From Convolutriloba macropyga (lineage: Eukaryota): a stretch of 64,000 nucleotides of DNA. The stretch spans positions 43,462,001-43,526,000 of the forward strand of contig NC_134481.1 of the NCBI RefSeq assembly GCF_964194025.1, given 5' to 3'. This document shows, one piece after another, positions 23,998-36,730 of this stretch; position 1 is the stretch's first letter; every line of letters starts with the position of its first letter. The notes beneath the pieces are model-generated. The model was not told the origin of the DNA. It searched no databases and saw nothing but the letters and a program-made list of their open reading frames with translations. Position numbers and translations under genes: made by a program.

Positions 23998-24790
23998 AAT
24001 TGCTCTCACGATTTTAATTGCCTTTACGTGGTTTTTAGCAATTATGTTAGTCCTGTTGGTCTTTTTATACGATTTTTCGCTTGTCCGATTTTTCGTCTGA
24101 CCCTTTTGACTTTTCGTCCTCAAAATCGGGATAAACAGGTAGCGCCCAGCGGGCATTAAGTTCTCATAGAGCTTTTCAGCTCACTAGTCTCCAAGTATGC
24201 GATTCACAGAAACTGTTTTGGAGACTTATACTTAAAATTAGTTAAGTTTCAATGAACATGATGTAAAAGTCAATGACGCGCGTGAAAACCTTTGTTAAGG
24301 TCAATATGCTGAGCAGAGATAAAGGAAGAGTAATTTTTGCTGGAGAAATATTGATAGAACAAAAAAAATAGACGCAAAAAAATAATTTGGCAAGCGAGCC
24401 TTGTATTTTTGCCTCTATTTTTCAGACAAAGTGGGTTTTCTTAAACTTCAACAAGTATTTGATTTTCGGTTCTTTGTATTTTTCTAGTTTTTACAGCCTG
24501 TGGGGCTTTTTGGGTTGCTATAAGATACACCAGAATTTTAATAATCTCTTGATTTGATTTATATCAAATTAAGCCAAATATTTGTCTGATTTTTGGCTGT
24601 TTTGTTTGTTCGCAATTATACCCTTTCTACAGCTTTAGTTTTTATGAAAATGTTTTGCTCTTGTTTAGTGTGTCTGTGGTACTGCTGTGAAGTGAAGGAA
24701 CAAGAAATTTAGCGCAACGGTCTCTGAAATCTCTTTTGGGACATCGTAATTAGTAAAGATATTTAAAAATTTTTAGCATTTACCTTCTTG
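23998..24790 (+). mobile_element. HINE family B, 5' part, 98 bp after the Sec16 stop codon
   Basis: 5' subTIR AATTGCTCTC with nearby partial IR AGCAATT; first ~190 bp closely match the reverse complement of 35025-35194; right boundary approximate. Confidence 0.55.
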
Positions 24791-24819
24791 GGTTCTTCTT
24801 GTTGCTGTCAAATGAAGTT

Positions 24820-25120
24820 TGTTGCATTTACATTAGTCCTGCTAGTCTTTTTTACGCGTTTTTTGGTACTACTAACTTTTCAACTGATATTTTTTGTCTG
24901 ACCATTTGACTTTTCGGCCTTAAAAACGAAATAACCCCCTCCCAATTACCCCCCGACTACTCCACACCATTCCACCTGTAACCATGTACGGTTCCCTCCA
25001 CCTGCGATGAATGGCTACCTCCACCCCACCCAAATATGCTAAAAAAATAGCCTCCCTAAGCAGAAGCTGGCTCCTGATGAAACCAACTGGCCTGCCCGCC
25101 AGTCGTTCGAGAGCAATTTG
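24820..25120 (+). mobile_element. Compact HINE family B copy lacking the 3' hairpin
   Basis: Degenerate 5' end (TTGCTGTC...ATTAGTCCTG), GTCTGACCATTTGACTTTT core, C-rich tract, 3' subTIR GAGAGCAATT at 25109-25118. Confidence 0.5.
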
Positions 25121-25134
25121 CCCTCTTTACATTT

Positions 25135-26952
25135 CTAAGATTTTGAATTTTATTGGTATGCTGTCACTGGTTTTAAGATCTGTGCACATTTTTTGACCTT
25201 GTCTATGAGAAGTCAAATTGGAGTGGTGATTTTAGCCACGCTGGAGCATTAAGAGGAGTCGAGTACTTATTTTTTACTAGGAATTTTTTTTTTCACGGGC
25301 GGCAATTTGACTTCTGATTTTGATGTTTTTCTTTTCATTTTCTGTACAAATACTTTTAAAGGGCAAAATGTATATTGTAATAATGCATAATTGCACTTGC
25401 TTAAAGCTCTCAAAAGGCAACCAATTGTTTTTAAAGACTTTGTACTATTTGTCTTAATGAAACTGTGATTTTTTTTTGGATTTGGCCCGGTTTTGAGGAA
25501 TTTTTAAAATAATTTACTGATTTCAGGTAAAATTGTTAGTTATAACGATATTGACAACGATTTTGGAAAAAAATATTAACGATTTTTTTTAAAAATTTTC
25601 CCATCTTGTTCTTTTTTTTGCGCTGTCACCTAATCTCATTATGATCAGCTCTAAGTGGCTCTCTTATGAGTCTCTTTTTTAAATCAAAACAAGGGATTTT
25701 CGATATCTAACAGTTCTAACTGCTTTGACACGACCTGCTTTAAATTTTTTTGTTTAGGATTTTCTCTTTTTTTTGATGTTCTGTCTCTTAATCACTAATG
25801 ATGGTGGGTCTCGTTGGTTTTTCGTCAGCCATATTAGAGTAAATTTGATTTTTAATTTCAGAGCTGCGGGTTTTGACGACTTTGGCATGACTTATTTGAG
25901 ACATTTTGGATTTTGACCGTTTTTGTATTTATTTGTCAGTTAGTCTCAATATTGATCATTCTCATTTTCTCTCTATTTAGGCAGAACTGGATCTTCTTAA
26001 TGTGTATGTTTTTTTGCTAGTAGTATAATTGACTTCGACATTTGGTATTTTTGTTAAGTGAATGATAGATAGTCCAATAGATGTTGATAAGTTCAAGGTT
26101 TACATGCGTGTTTCAGTTACTAATTTTCAATAACATTCCGAAATATCGTTTTTTAGCCAAATGTCGTTTGTGATGTCATTTTATCTTATCTGCAGTTGTT
26201 TGTTCTTAGTTCTCAGAAGTTTGCTGTTTGAACTTCCATTGTGTATAAATCTTTCGAGCTGAGGTTGTTGGGATTAATAACTTCGATAACATTCTTTCTA
26301 AAAGAAATGAAATATTTTAGTTTTTTTTTCGACTTTTGAAGTGTTTTGTTTACTTTCATGGAGGTATTGGTATTTATTTAATTTGTTTTTTTTAATCGGT
26401 GGCTGATCTTTTACGGAGGCTGATGCTGTTGACTTCATTTCTTTGAATTGTAATTCAGGACTGGTCGTGATATGTTGTCCTGATTTCGCTTTACCTTTTG
26501 ATCAGGTTTTTTGTTTTACATAAGTCAGTTTCGGTTACGATTTTCATGTTTGGCTCGTGACTTACCTCACTCACTGTCTCAACTGATTGGATTTTAAATT
26601 CTTTCATGTATTGAATTACGCAATGTATTGAATACGCTCAATGTCAAAATTGCGAAATCAAAAGAAACTGGATAAACATATAAAGCCCGGTCATTAAGCC
26701 ATAGTTCATTAGGTTGTCAAAGTTTATAAAAGCGATTGCTAGCTGGCATTAGTTGTATGCTTAATAGCCTTCAGTTTAGAAGCCGAATTAAATGTAATTT
26801 TAGAGTCTAACCGAATATGCTGAATTTGCACACAAAACACTTTGACACAATAAAAATTTTGTCGATTTCTATTTCTTTTGTTTTGTTTCAATTCCAATGT
26901 GCGTCAAGCGGGTCAACGGCGGCTATTTTCCAGCAATTTGCCGGCTATGTTT
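25135..26952 (+). mobile_element. HINE family A: core fragment (25135-25340) and 3' module (26550-26952); may be one expanded copy or two pieces
   Basis: Core matches 590-770; GTGACTTACCTCAC at 26557; 3' end GCGGCTATT-TT-CCAGCAATTTGCCGG-CTATGTTT at 26919-26952. Confidence 0.5.
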
Positions 26953-27879
26953 CTGTTTTAATTCGCTAATCTGTGAGTTCCGAACCAAAAAATTTGCATG
27001 TATTCTATATTTGACTGTCAACTCTTGGCGTAGAATTTTCCCCGATTGTTTGATAGTTTGCGCTCTAACAAAGTTGTGAGAGTATTTGCCTTGATTTATT
27101 GCATGCCAATCAATCGCAAATGAGGAGAATTCGTCGAGGGAAACACTTTTTTGTGCTCGATGACGTGCACTGTCATATTTCTATAAGCACAACGGTCGGC
27201 TCAACATTTTTTTAAAAATAATTTTAAATATAAATACACTCTTGGAGCATAGAAAATTATTAATTCCAATAAATGGGTATCAGAGATGCTGATAGCTTGC
27301 AATTATAGAAAATATTTAAAGGAAAATTGATTTTTTTAAAATCAAGAAAATAGTGTTTTTATTGCTAAAATTTTAAAATACAATACATTTTATTGCGGAA
27401 TTAACTTTTCATTGACCCGTTCTGGGTTAATCCAGCCATCTATGGTTATTATTGAGTGCTTAAATATGCTGTAACGAATTTTATAGTGCATCTCAAACTA
27501 CTTCGCTCAGCGTGATCTGTGTCAAATAATTTACTATTTACATCAATCAGCTGTTAAATGTTACGCACATCGTTAAGAACAAGTACGGTGAATACTAAAT
27601 GCATGTTAAAATACATTGTCAGAATCGAGTGTTTTTTCTTTTCAGTTAGTTAGACGATGGGGGCTTTATGGAGGGAATGGAAATGGAGTGAATGATGCAA
27701 TTGTACATAATGTGAATTGAGTGAAAAATGCAGCAGGGTGTGGGAGCTTCAACAAAAAGGACAACCACCACCAACATCACCGACGATAACTGAATTATTG
27801 TATGTTTAATCCAATTAAATCGTATTATCAGGTGCTAAAGTGTGTATAAATATCCAAGTGAGCTTAATGTTCAAATATT

Positions 27880-29450
27880 TAATTGTTCAAACTTCTCAAA
27901 ATTCTCTTTTTCACACCACACAATAGCGGTTTGTTTTTAATAGCCAACTTCTACTCAAACAAATATCATTTAGGAGCTCTCCTTTTTCTTAAAGTTCAAA
28001 GGATTTGGGTTGTATTGCTGCGCTGCCTTTTTTCTACGACTCGAAAGGGTTGTAGTGTATTTAACACAGGATGTAAAACTCAATGCCGCATCTGGAGACT
28101 AAGCGTTTAGGTCAAACGGATGAACGAATTGAAGTGTAGAGAGTAATTTTTTGCTCATACCGCCTCTTTGAGAGAGCGAGAAAAGTAGGTTAGAAAGTTT
28201 AAGCGAATTTTTTTATCGCATGCTTCTTTTTCGATGCATGCTAGAAAGTTTCTTGGGTAAAGTGGTTTTTCTAAACCATTTGAACAAGTACCTGTACGAT
28301 TGGGAGCATTTGTAGGATCTCGATCATATATTAGAGTTTTATATGCAATCTTGAGCTATTTTTGTGATAACGCCGTTTACACGCCTTTTTAAAGGTTTTT
28401 TATGTTTAATAGCAGCCCCCAGCTGTCTGTATTAGTGTACTGAAGTACTGAAGTTGTTGGGAACATCAAAATTAAAGGTGAAAAGGTCACTTTTGAATTT
28501 TTTAACCACAAAATTGTCCTCATTTTCTGTCCGTTTTTTGTAATTTTTCTTAAATAGGATTTCAATTGACCGTGTTTAGTAGTCTTCGGCAAGCTAGAAA
28601 TGAGGTATATGTTTTGGCAATGCAAACTTAATTACAAAGTTGCATTATTTTTTTGCAATTTTTTGAGTTTTCCCCGTCATTTTTTGAGTTTCTGTTCGAA
28701 GTCTTGAATTGACGTTTGTCAATGAAAATGAAATGTCTTTTTGCGAGACATAATTATTTTTTATGACTTTTTTGGACTACATGTTTTGGTACCCCAAACA
28801 TAAACATACAAAATTATACTAATTTTTGCGATTCTGTTTTGAATATTTTTGTCACTCTCCCAGCGTCATCGTCCAGGGGACTTCTTCCAGGGTTTGATAA
28901 AAGGTTACTGCATAGTTGCCAGGGCAATTGCATAATTTTCAACATTTAAATTTTCCGAAAATTACTATCATGTTTCAAGTTTATCGATCTTTATGGGTCA
29001 GTGACTTTTTTTAGGCTTGAAATTGGGTTGTTGTGTAGCTTGTGGTGACAATGAAATGATTATAAAGATGCCATTATAGCGGAGTTAAGAAACATTTGTA
29101 AAATTTGCTATTGTTTTCACTGGAAAATGTTGTCAATTTTTGAGTTTATCAATCTGTAGGTGCCTACGAAACTTTTTAGGCCTTGCAGTTGGAATAATAA
29201 ACAAATACTTTGAACTTTTTGATATTGCGACTTTTAGAAACTTTCCTTACTTTTTGCATTGTTCAATATTTAAGTATTTCTCAAATTTTTCTTGTTTCTT
29301 TTGTTTTTCTTATTTCTCGGGTTTTTCCAACTTTAGTGGCAAACCCCATTCAAGGCTTGTGCGTGGGTAAAAAATCGTGTAATTGGATCAAATTTGGCTT
29401 TCATGGTAAAGTTTCAGAGTTTTAGCAATAATTGTATTATTGATTAGTTG
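27880..29450 (-). pseudogene. Probable highly decayed Penelope-like retroelement (RT + GIY-YIG), interrupted by a HINE-B internal fragment at about 28790-28995
   Basis: Hand translation of the minus strand across frameshifts gives, in the expected order: FYPRTSLEWG/LPLKLEKP (cf. YGLPKxHKP), RP/KSFVGTYRL (cf. RPIxSxxGT), EDNFVV (cf. YVDDIF), TSVLQYTNTD (cf. TSVYRKPTNT), IRLT/KRLVSR (cf. YIGxTxRxLxxR), FE*KLAIKNKPLL (cf. LExLxIxxxxPxLN). Each match is weak. Confidence 0.4.
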
Positions 29451-30782
29451 GTTTGATTTTTTTGGTTTCTCAAATTTTGACTTTCTTTTCGGCTAGCATT
29501 GTTCAAGTGATCGGCTGGTCAAATACAGTAGTTGGGTTTTTTTCATTCAATTCTTTGGATTGTATTTCAGGACATGTCCTGCTGTTTTTTTTTACTTCGT
29601 CGAATAAAAAGTTGTTTCGCTTTACCTCATGTTGTCGCCTTTTCGACATTTGGCATGAAATCTTTTTAAGTTGTCCATTCTATTTTCATTGTCCGCTCAT
29701 TCTGTTCAAAGTGCTGTCAAAAATAGAAACAGGATAAAAGCATAAAGCAATTTTAGATGCCCGCTTGTTACGCACTGATTTTTAGAGTGTTCCTCATGGT
29801 GTTTTCTGAGGTTTATATTGGAGGTAATTAACTTGAATAATCAGCATTTTACAAAGACTTATTTAGATGTTTCACAGTGCGATTTTTAGCAGATATATTT
29901 TGAATAAATTTAGCTAGTGATAGCCTTTTACTGAGCGGTTTGGATGTGCGATATATCCGCTAGTTTGCTTTGTATTTCGAAGCTTTAATCGTTTGCGGTT
30001 TAGTTCTAAGGCAGCCTGATTTAACTTAGTAATTTATAGAGATTTTTCCAGTTCAATCTTTAATTATTTAAGCAATGAATTAATCAATAATTATTAGTAA
30101 GAATTTCTAAAGTTATATCAAGTTTTCAAAGATGTTAATCAACTGATTGTCAGGCTGGTTCTCCGGTGTTCTGGTGATCGTAAGTTCCGCAGGGCTGTAC
30201 CTTGAGTTGTATTGGTCCTTCGCAAATATTTACTGATCTATAAGTTGGGCAATTTCCAGCTTGTGTACGTCTCTTGATGTTTGTTAAGTACATATACAAG
30301 TTTCGTATTAGCACCTACTTTATCAGAGTAATTACTTCACCATGTACATAATCTCTCATGAAGTTATATACTAATTATGCGAATTTATCTTCAAGAAACT
30401 CAAAAAAGTCAATATTGAGGCTTTTAGGCACTTGATATATTTATCAATAAACTGTCAATCTGCGGTTGTTTTTAATAAAAATAAACAAATTAGGGGTTAC
30501 AGGCCTAGATTGAAATACTAGCTATATATGGCCTTGAAACTAAATGAATATTATAGCAATTATTTATGGATATTTTAAGGAATATCATCACGTAACTATG
30601 AGGGACGAAATAGGGGCGTGACACCGCTAATGAAGTTTGTTTTTATGTCTTAGTTATCATCTCTAATGCTTATTAGTATTAATAATAACCCTTGTATTCT
30701 CTCATTAAGTAACAGGAATATGTCTATTAACAACAGAAATAAAAAAGTTCGCCTTTTAAAAAAATTTCTTTCATCAATCGTT

Positions 30783-31295
30783 TTTAATAGCCGCACGGCG
30801 ATAGCTGGGGCTATTATTGGCCTTCTCTTGGTTTTTTTTTATTTCGTCGTCATGATTTTTGTTACGACCATATGACGTCACAGCCACTTTTTGTTCATTC
30901 GTTCATGCAATTTCAACTGAATTGCATGTGTGACGTCATTTTTCGCTCTTAGTGGAGCGAGTTTTTTTTTGTTCATGCGCGTGATTAAATTTTTGGTCAC
31001 ACTTGACTTACCTCACTCTCAAAAATGACTTCCTCACTTTTATTGACTTTTATTTACTTTAATTCAAAGAGATAAGGTCAAATGGGTGTGTGTCACTCTA
31101 AATGAAGGTTATTTGAGATCAGCTAATAGAGGCAGCAATAACTTATACAGATTTTAAATAATTTTTCAAAATATAAGAGATCAGCCTTCAATGAAAAGAC
31201 GAATTTTTTTGGTCTGTTTTTTTACTGTTTTTTTTAAGACTGCCGATCTACGAATCTATTGCGGCTATTTTCTGGCAATCTGCCAGCTATGTTCT
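30783..31295 (+). mobile_element. HINE family A, cleanest complete copy
   Basis: 5' subTIR AATAGCCGC (30786) is the exact reverse complement of 3' GCGGCTATT (31261); 5' partial IR GGGGCTATT; 3' hairpin CTGGCA-ATC-TGCCAG then CTATGTT; T-rich flanks. Confidence 0.7.
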
Positions 31296-31612
31296 TTTTT
31301 TGTTATTTTAATCCCAATCGGGGTTATGTGAATCAATGGGCGCTATTTTTCATCGATCTGCCGGTATGTTTTAGTGTCTGAGGTCATTTTGCGTAAGAAT
31401 GACTTTATTTTTGTTTTAAGTTTGTTTTATTTGAAGAAAATTTAGCCTAATTTTTCCCAGTTTTTATGCCTGATTCTTCTTGCTTTCTGGTTTTCGAAAT
31501 ACTTTATTATGTTCAATTGCTTTTATAGTGTTTTTTAGGGTTATGGTTGCATATTTTAGTTTTTACGTTTTGGTCATTTTTGTGTTCATTCAGTGCTATT
31601 GGGTATCGTGTG

Positions 31613-31710
31613 GGTTATTGAGACTTCGCAATTTTAACAGTTATTGAGACAAAAACAGTTATTGAGACTTCGCAATTTTTGAGTTATTGAAACTTCGCAA
31701 TTTTTAAGTT
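31613..31710 (+). repeat. Short minisatellite (GTTATTGAGACTTCGCAATTTT, 3-4 units)
   Basis: Directly visible repeated unit. Confidence 0.8.
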
Positions 31711-31816
31711 AGCAAAAGATGATTAAGATTTTTTTATTGTATCTAGTATATCGTTAATAGAGTATTGTTAAAAGTTAACCATTCGCACTTTTGTGCTTAT
31801 ACCTGGTCATGCTATT

Positions 31817-32378
31817 AATTGCTCTCAAACAAAGTTTCAAGTAATTGTATTAGTCCTGTTGGTCTTTTTCATGCAAGTTTACCTACTACTGATTTATCGT
31901 CTGATGGTTCTTTGTCTGACCATTTGATGTTTCGTCCTCAAAACGAGATAAACAGGTGAAACCCGATGATCATTTTTACCTACTACTGATTTATCGTCTG
32001 ATAGTTCTTTGTCTGACCATTTGATGTTTCGTCCTCAAAACGAGATAAACAGGTGAAACCCGGTGAGCAATGCGTCGCTGGGCAGTTCTCTTAGAGCTTT
32101 CCTGTACTCCAATTGTACAAATCACCGAATCTACTCAGAAGACAAAAAATTTTGATTTGAAACGCAGTGTTTCCAGGCGCCCTCCCTCGATCCACCCTTA
32201 GACCCAGAGGCTGACTTGATCTCGAACCTCCCTACTCAATAACCCCCCCCCCCCATGTACCCACTATTTCTACTCTTTTTCTACATATAAGCCTCCCTAA
32301 GCGCCAGCTAGCCACAGACAAAACTAACCGCTTGCAAATCGTTTGAGAGCATTTCGTCCAATGTTTGGGGTTATGTTT
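31817..32378 (+). mobile_element. HINE family B copy with an internal ~97-bp tandem duplication
   Basis: 5' AATTGCTCTC (31817), 3' GAGAGCATTT (32345) + degenerate hairpin + TTATGTTT; duplicated block at about 31879-31966 and 31976-32062. Confidence 0.6.
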
Positions 32379-32529
32379 TGCTTTGAGTCATACTCTGCGA
32401 CAGTCAGTGTCCTAAATTAATTCACTTTCCACTGAACATTAAAAGGATTCCGGACGTAGATTTTTAGGTCTATTGCGACCGGTTAATTTTCTGCTGAAAA
32501 TACTGGCCTCAAATTCAATTGATCGTTAA

Positions 32530-32862
32530 CGTCCCTTAAAATTACCTTAAATAATTACCCTAACTGTGGCAGTAAATTTACCCTAACTCACCTTAATTGT
32601 TTACCCTAACTTACCTTAATTTTAAGGTAAATTTCAGGTTTAGTTAAAGGCAAAGTTAAGGGAATTTTTAAGGTAATGATAAGGTAATTATTTAAGGTAA
32701 TTTTAAGGCAAGGTAGAGTAAAATTTAAGGTTTGTTAAGGTAGTGAGTACTTAACTTTTCAGGTAAAGTTAGGATTAGTTAAGGTGAGTTAAGGAAATGC
32801 AAATCTACCTTAACAGTTAAGGTGAGTTAGGATGTTTTTTAAGGTAAAATTACCTTAACTTT
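32530..32862. mobile_element. Foldback/MITE-like element built from TTACC(C/T)TAA subrepeats
   Basis: 26-bp perfect inverted repeat 32534-32559 / 32683-32708; many ACCTTAA/TTAAGGT units in both orientations. Confidence 0.55.
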
Positions 32863-32879
32863 ATTAATGGCTCTGGATT

Positions 32880-32977
32880 AATCACCCCCCCCCCCCCGGC
32901 TGAAGCAGGTTGCAATTGATTAGAGCTCCCACTAATCGTTTGAGAGCAATTCTTCCGACGTTTAGTCGGTTATGTTT
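32880..32977 (+). mobile_element. Isolated HINE family B 3' end
   Basis: Poly-C, GAGAGCAATT, hairpin CCGAC-GTTTA-GTCGG, TTATGTTT; reverse complement of the 3' end repeated in the 44-50 kb array. Confidence 0.6.
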
Positions 32978-33928
32978 TAGTGTGTTGTCATAACTTTCTT
33001 CCTATAATTCATTGATTTCGTCGATCAGGTCGTTCATGCGGCTCTTTGAAATGTTATTCTACTTCAAAAATCCGCAAAACAGCTGAACTAATTTTTAACC
33101 TGGTTGATTAAATTATATTATTTGGAGTTAAGTTTTTCGGCTGCTTTTTAGATAACTGAGCGTCAAGGTTTTTTGAAAAGGTTCTTTTTAATAGATTGCC
33201 AAGCCTTTGGAGATAATCTTTTCTCTTTCTTTGAAATCAAATGGTACGATTTCGCCACTTTGACTGTAATTTCGAAGCCGAGTAATGTATAACGGTCATA
33301 GAAGCGGATCTGAGTTTACAAACATGCGTATCGAGTGCGAGGGATCTTCGTAATTGTTGGTGTGATCAGTATACTGTGCTGCGTAAAATCAAACCCGTTG
33401 TCTTTTTTATTCCTATTCAATTAACAATAGCTCAAGAATTACTTAATTTTGTCAATGATAAAAATTTTTTGATTGATTTCGTTTTTTTTTATTAATCACC
33501 TGTCGTCCAATTTGAATGTTGCCTTTCCATACCTATCAAATTCCAAATATTGAATGGAATCGAGCCTTACTGAGTTGGTTCCACAATTTTCCGCTGTCAG
33601 TACTCTTTTATTCTTATTTTTTACTAACAACATTTATCAAACCAAGTCGAGCATCATTTTCATATTTGTCAGCATTGAGTTTAAATTATCAGAGAATGAA
33701 AATAGCTCGAATGAAAATAGCTCTTTAAAAGACCCAAAGGGAAATTTTTTTTCCTAAATTTGAAAATTAAAATCGAATTTTTCCACCTCGAGGCGAAATG
33801 GATTGGGACCTATGGTACCTCATTACGATCTTTTTGGAGTGCGCAATTTTTAAACATCTAAAGGAGTCACAAATGAGAGACGTTAAAAGTTTGGCTGACA
33901 ATTGATTGCAATTATACAGCAAATGTGT

Positions 33929-35194
33929 AACATAACCGACTAACGTCGGGCGAATTGCTCTCAAACGACCGGCGAGCGGTTGGCTTCGTCAGTAGCTAGC
34001 AACGTTTTAGTGAGGCTAGCTTTCGCTTGATTCGACTCTGCAAATTTTAATTTTCTAGCCTTGTTAGTAAATAAATCAAATAAAAAACTGATATTTTAAA
34101 AGTTTGCAAAATTTAAAAGAAAAGCTTCCAGATTTTGCAGTGAAAATGTTCAAAACTATTTTTTGTCTTCGGAGTTATGTCAAGTAACCCATCTGCAAGA
34201 CTTGAAAAGCTTTATGGGCCCGTAATGATTGTTAAACTCAGAAAATGACAAAAAATTATCAACAATTTTGAAAACAACCGCAAATTTTAACAAAATCTTG
34301 CTAAAATTCAAGCTATTAAAATCTTTGAAACAATTTCATGGTCTCAAGAGACTATCCCGTATGCCTATTTCATGCTTTAAATAGTTTCTCTGGCTCATAA
34401 AGATCCATAAACTTGGAACATGATAATAATTTTCCGAAAATTTGAAAAAAAAAAGCTTAAAAAATTGCTAAGGCTGGAGTCATTAAAATATTGATAACAA
34501 TTTCATTATCTGTAGAAACTATGCAGCAGTTTATTATCAAACCTTGGAGGAGGTCCCTAGGGCGCTGGTGCCGGAAAAAAATTATAAAAATTTCAAAAAG
34601 ATTCAAAAAAACTTTTTGCAAATATTTTTTTAAAAATTGCTGATATTAAAATCTTGAAAACATTCCATTACATCTGGAAGCTATGCAGTAACCTATAATC
34701 AAAACCTAGATGAGGTTATATGGCTCTTGAGGCTGTAGGATTGTAAAAATGACAAAATTTCAAAAATCTTGAAGAAATTTGCAAATTGCATTAGAAAATC
34801 TGCTAAAAATTGTGATAATAAAAGTTGAAAACTAATCCATGGCTAAGAAATGTTTTCGATTAAATTATTATCAAATCCTAACGGAGGTTTTTTGTTAGGC
34901 TGAGCTTTTTGTTAGGGGGGTGGGCAAAAGCTCGGTGGGGGGTCAACGTTGGGGGTGTTCAACCTCTAAGAACCGCCCTTCACACCATAAGTATACATCT
35001 CCAAAACATTTTTAGCTGAAACAGAGCTGAAAGGCTCTAAGAGCACTTAATGCCCGCTGGGCGCTACCTGTTTATCTCGTTTTTGAGGACACAAAGTCAA
35101 AAGCGTCAGACGAAAAATCGGTCAAGCGAAAAATCGCATAAAAAGACCGACAGGACTAATATATAATTGCTACAAACTTCGTTTAAGAGCAATT
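33929..35194 (-). mobile_element. HINE family B, long copy with degenerate central tandem repeats (~165-170 bp)
   Basis: On the minus strand: 5' AATTGCTCTT at 35194; 3' GAGAGCAATT + CCGAC/GTCGG hairpin + TTATGTT at 33929-33962; related units near 34320, 34490, 34650 and 34820. Confidence 0.6.
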
Positions 35195-36219
35195 AAAAAC
35201 GAATTGTTGAAATAATTTTAATTACATTTAGTTTTTTAATGCAGGACTTACTCTGTATGCCGGTTCTGAAATGTAAAACAACTTCATGTTGCCGAAATTG
35301 GGTCTGTTTCGAGAAATATCGCTCTTCGATATATACGAGCAGATAACTGCACACAAAAAGCTGGTTTGTAAGAGCTGTAAGTTTTTTCAATGGGACGAAA
35401 GTTCTTTTTATTTTTTCTTAATGCTTGAATTCATTCACAGTAGGACAAAAACTTATGTAAAGCACATTTTCGAAAAAAATTACGGCAATTGATTTTTACA
35501 ATTAAGTAAGTACAATTGATCAAGAGGGTGTTTACATATGTGCCTGGCACATAATTTGCAGCTGTGAAGACTAACTTTAATCAAAAACAATCTGAATGGC
35601 TCTGAAGAGCAAATTTCGAAGCTCAATCTAGTTCTACAGGGTTTGTATTTCAAAATGCCTTATCTAGGATTAAAACACTCACGTGCACATTCTGAAATGC
35701 CAAAAGTCTGCAGTGCCAGAAGTGAAAATGCCAGAAGTTGCTACTTAGCCAGAAGTTGAATTTCGTCACTTAAAAACGTGCGCGTTTCGTGTTTTAAGCA
35801 TGGTTACGTGACTCTGCAGAAGTCACTTCGAAATTCGGACTTAATATTTCGATCCGCTTCGCGGTTCTTGATAAACTCCGGAAGTTCTCAGTGACTTCAA
35901 GCAGAGTCACCTAACCATTACTTAGAGGCACTGCTGGATAGAAACCCACCCATGCATATACTGCGATAGTATATATGCTTTCTGGTAGCTTTAAGTAGCA
36001 TTCTTCTATTAGAACCAAATATGATAATATTCTGCTTATAGCTCAGAATTATCAACCTTATCTGGACTGTAGAATGAATTAGTGTTGTATGATGAAATAG
36101 TTCAATATTTGATTGGTTTTGGAATTTATTGGTGATTGCCAACTAAGTCGCTTACCGAAATTCATTTTCAGAGCAATGACTCTGAGCCGAGATTGATTGG
36201 TATTGTTGAAAGCATAAAT

Positions 36220-36730
36220 ATGAACAGTCAAAGACGTCTCCTGTTAAATTTGAAGCAATTTTCGACTAACTGGTGTCAGAAATCGAATAAAAGTTGCTTA
36301 GTTTTGGCGCATAAAGAGCGTGATTATCGACGTCAACGCAGAAGTCATTTTCACAGCGCTGGTTATCCTGTAGCTGTTTTCATAGCAAGCACTGCGCCAT
36401 TTGTACTTGATGATAAAAGCGAAACAAAATCTGCGACTGGTGAAGTTGACCACATTGCAGGAAAATTTGTGAATAATTTGCCAACTTTCAAGTTGAATGC
36501 TGTGAAGTCCCATAATAATGTCGAGAATGGAGTTTGGGTGGTTTTTGGGCATGGTGTTTATGACGTCACAGACTTCGTTCAGAATCACCCTGGTGGTGAC
36601 GTCATTTTATTGGCCGCGGGAGGAGATATCGGGCCATATTGGAATGTATATTCGCAACACCATACACAACAGGTTTACGATATGTTGGAGCAATATAGAA
36701 TTGGGAACTTGGATATCGAAGATTACAAGA
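36220..36730 (+). CDS. SUOX: Sulfite oxidase, coding exon 1 (mitochondrial presequence-like N-terminus + cytochrome b5 heme domain)
   Basis: MNSQRRLLLNLKQFST...; GVWV...GVYDVTDFVQNHPGG...LAAGG...YRIGNL; donor A|GTAAGT at 36731 (phase 1); likely acceptor TTTTCAG at 36171 upstream of the ATG. Confidence 0.9.

Noticed and set aside
36136-36219. N-terminal extension of the SUOX ORF given in the ORF track
   Set aside because: It starts at TTG and crosses a likely splice acceptor at 36171; ATG 36220 gives a presequence-like N-terminus
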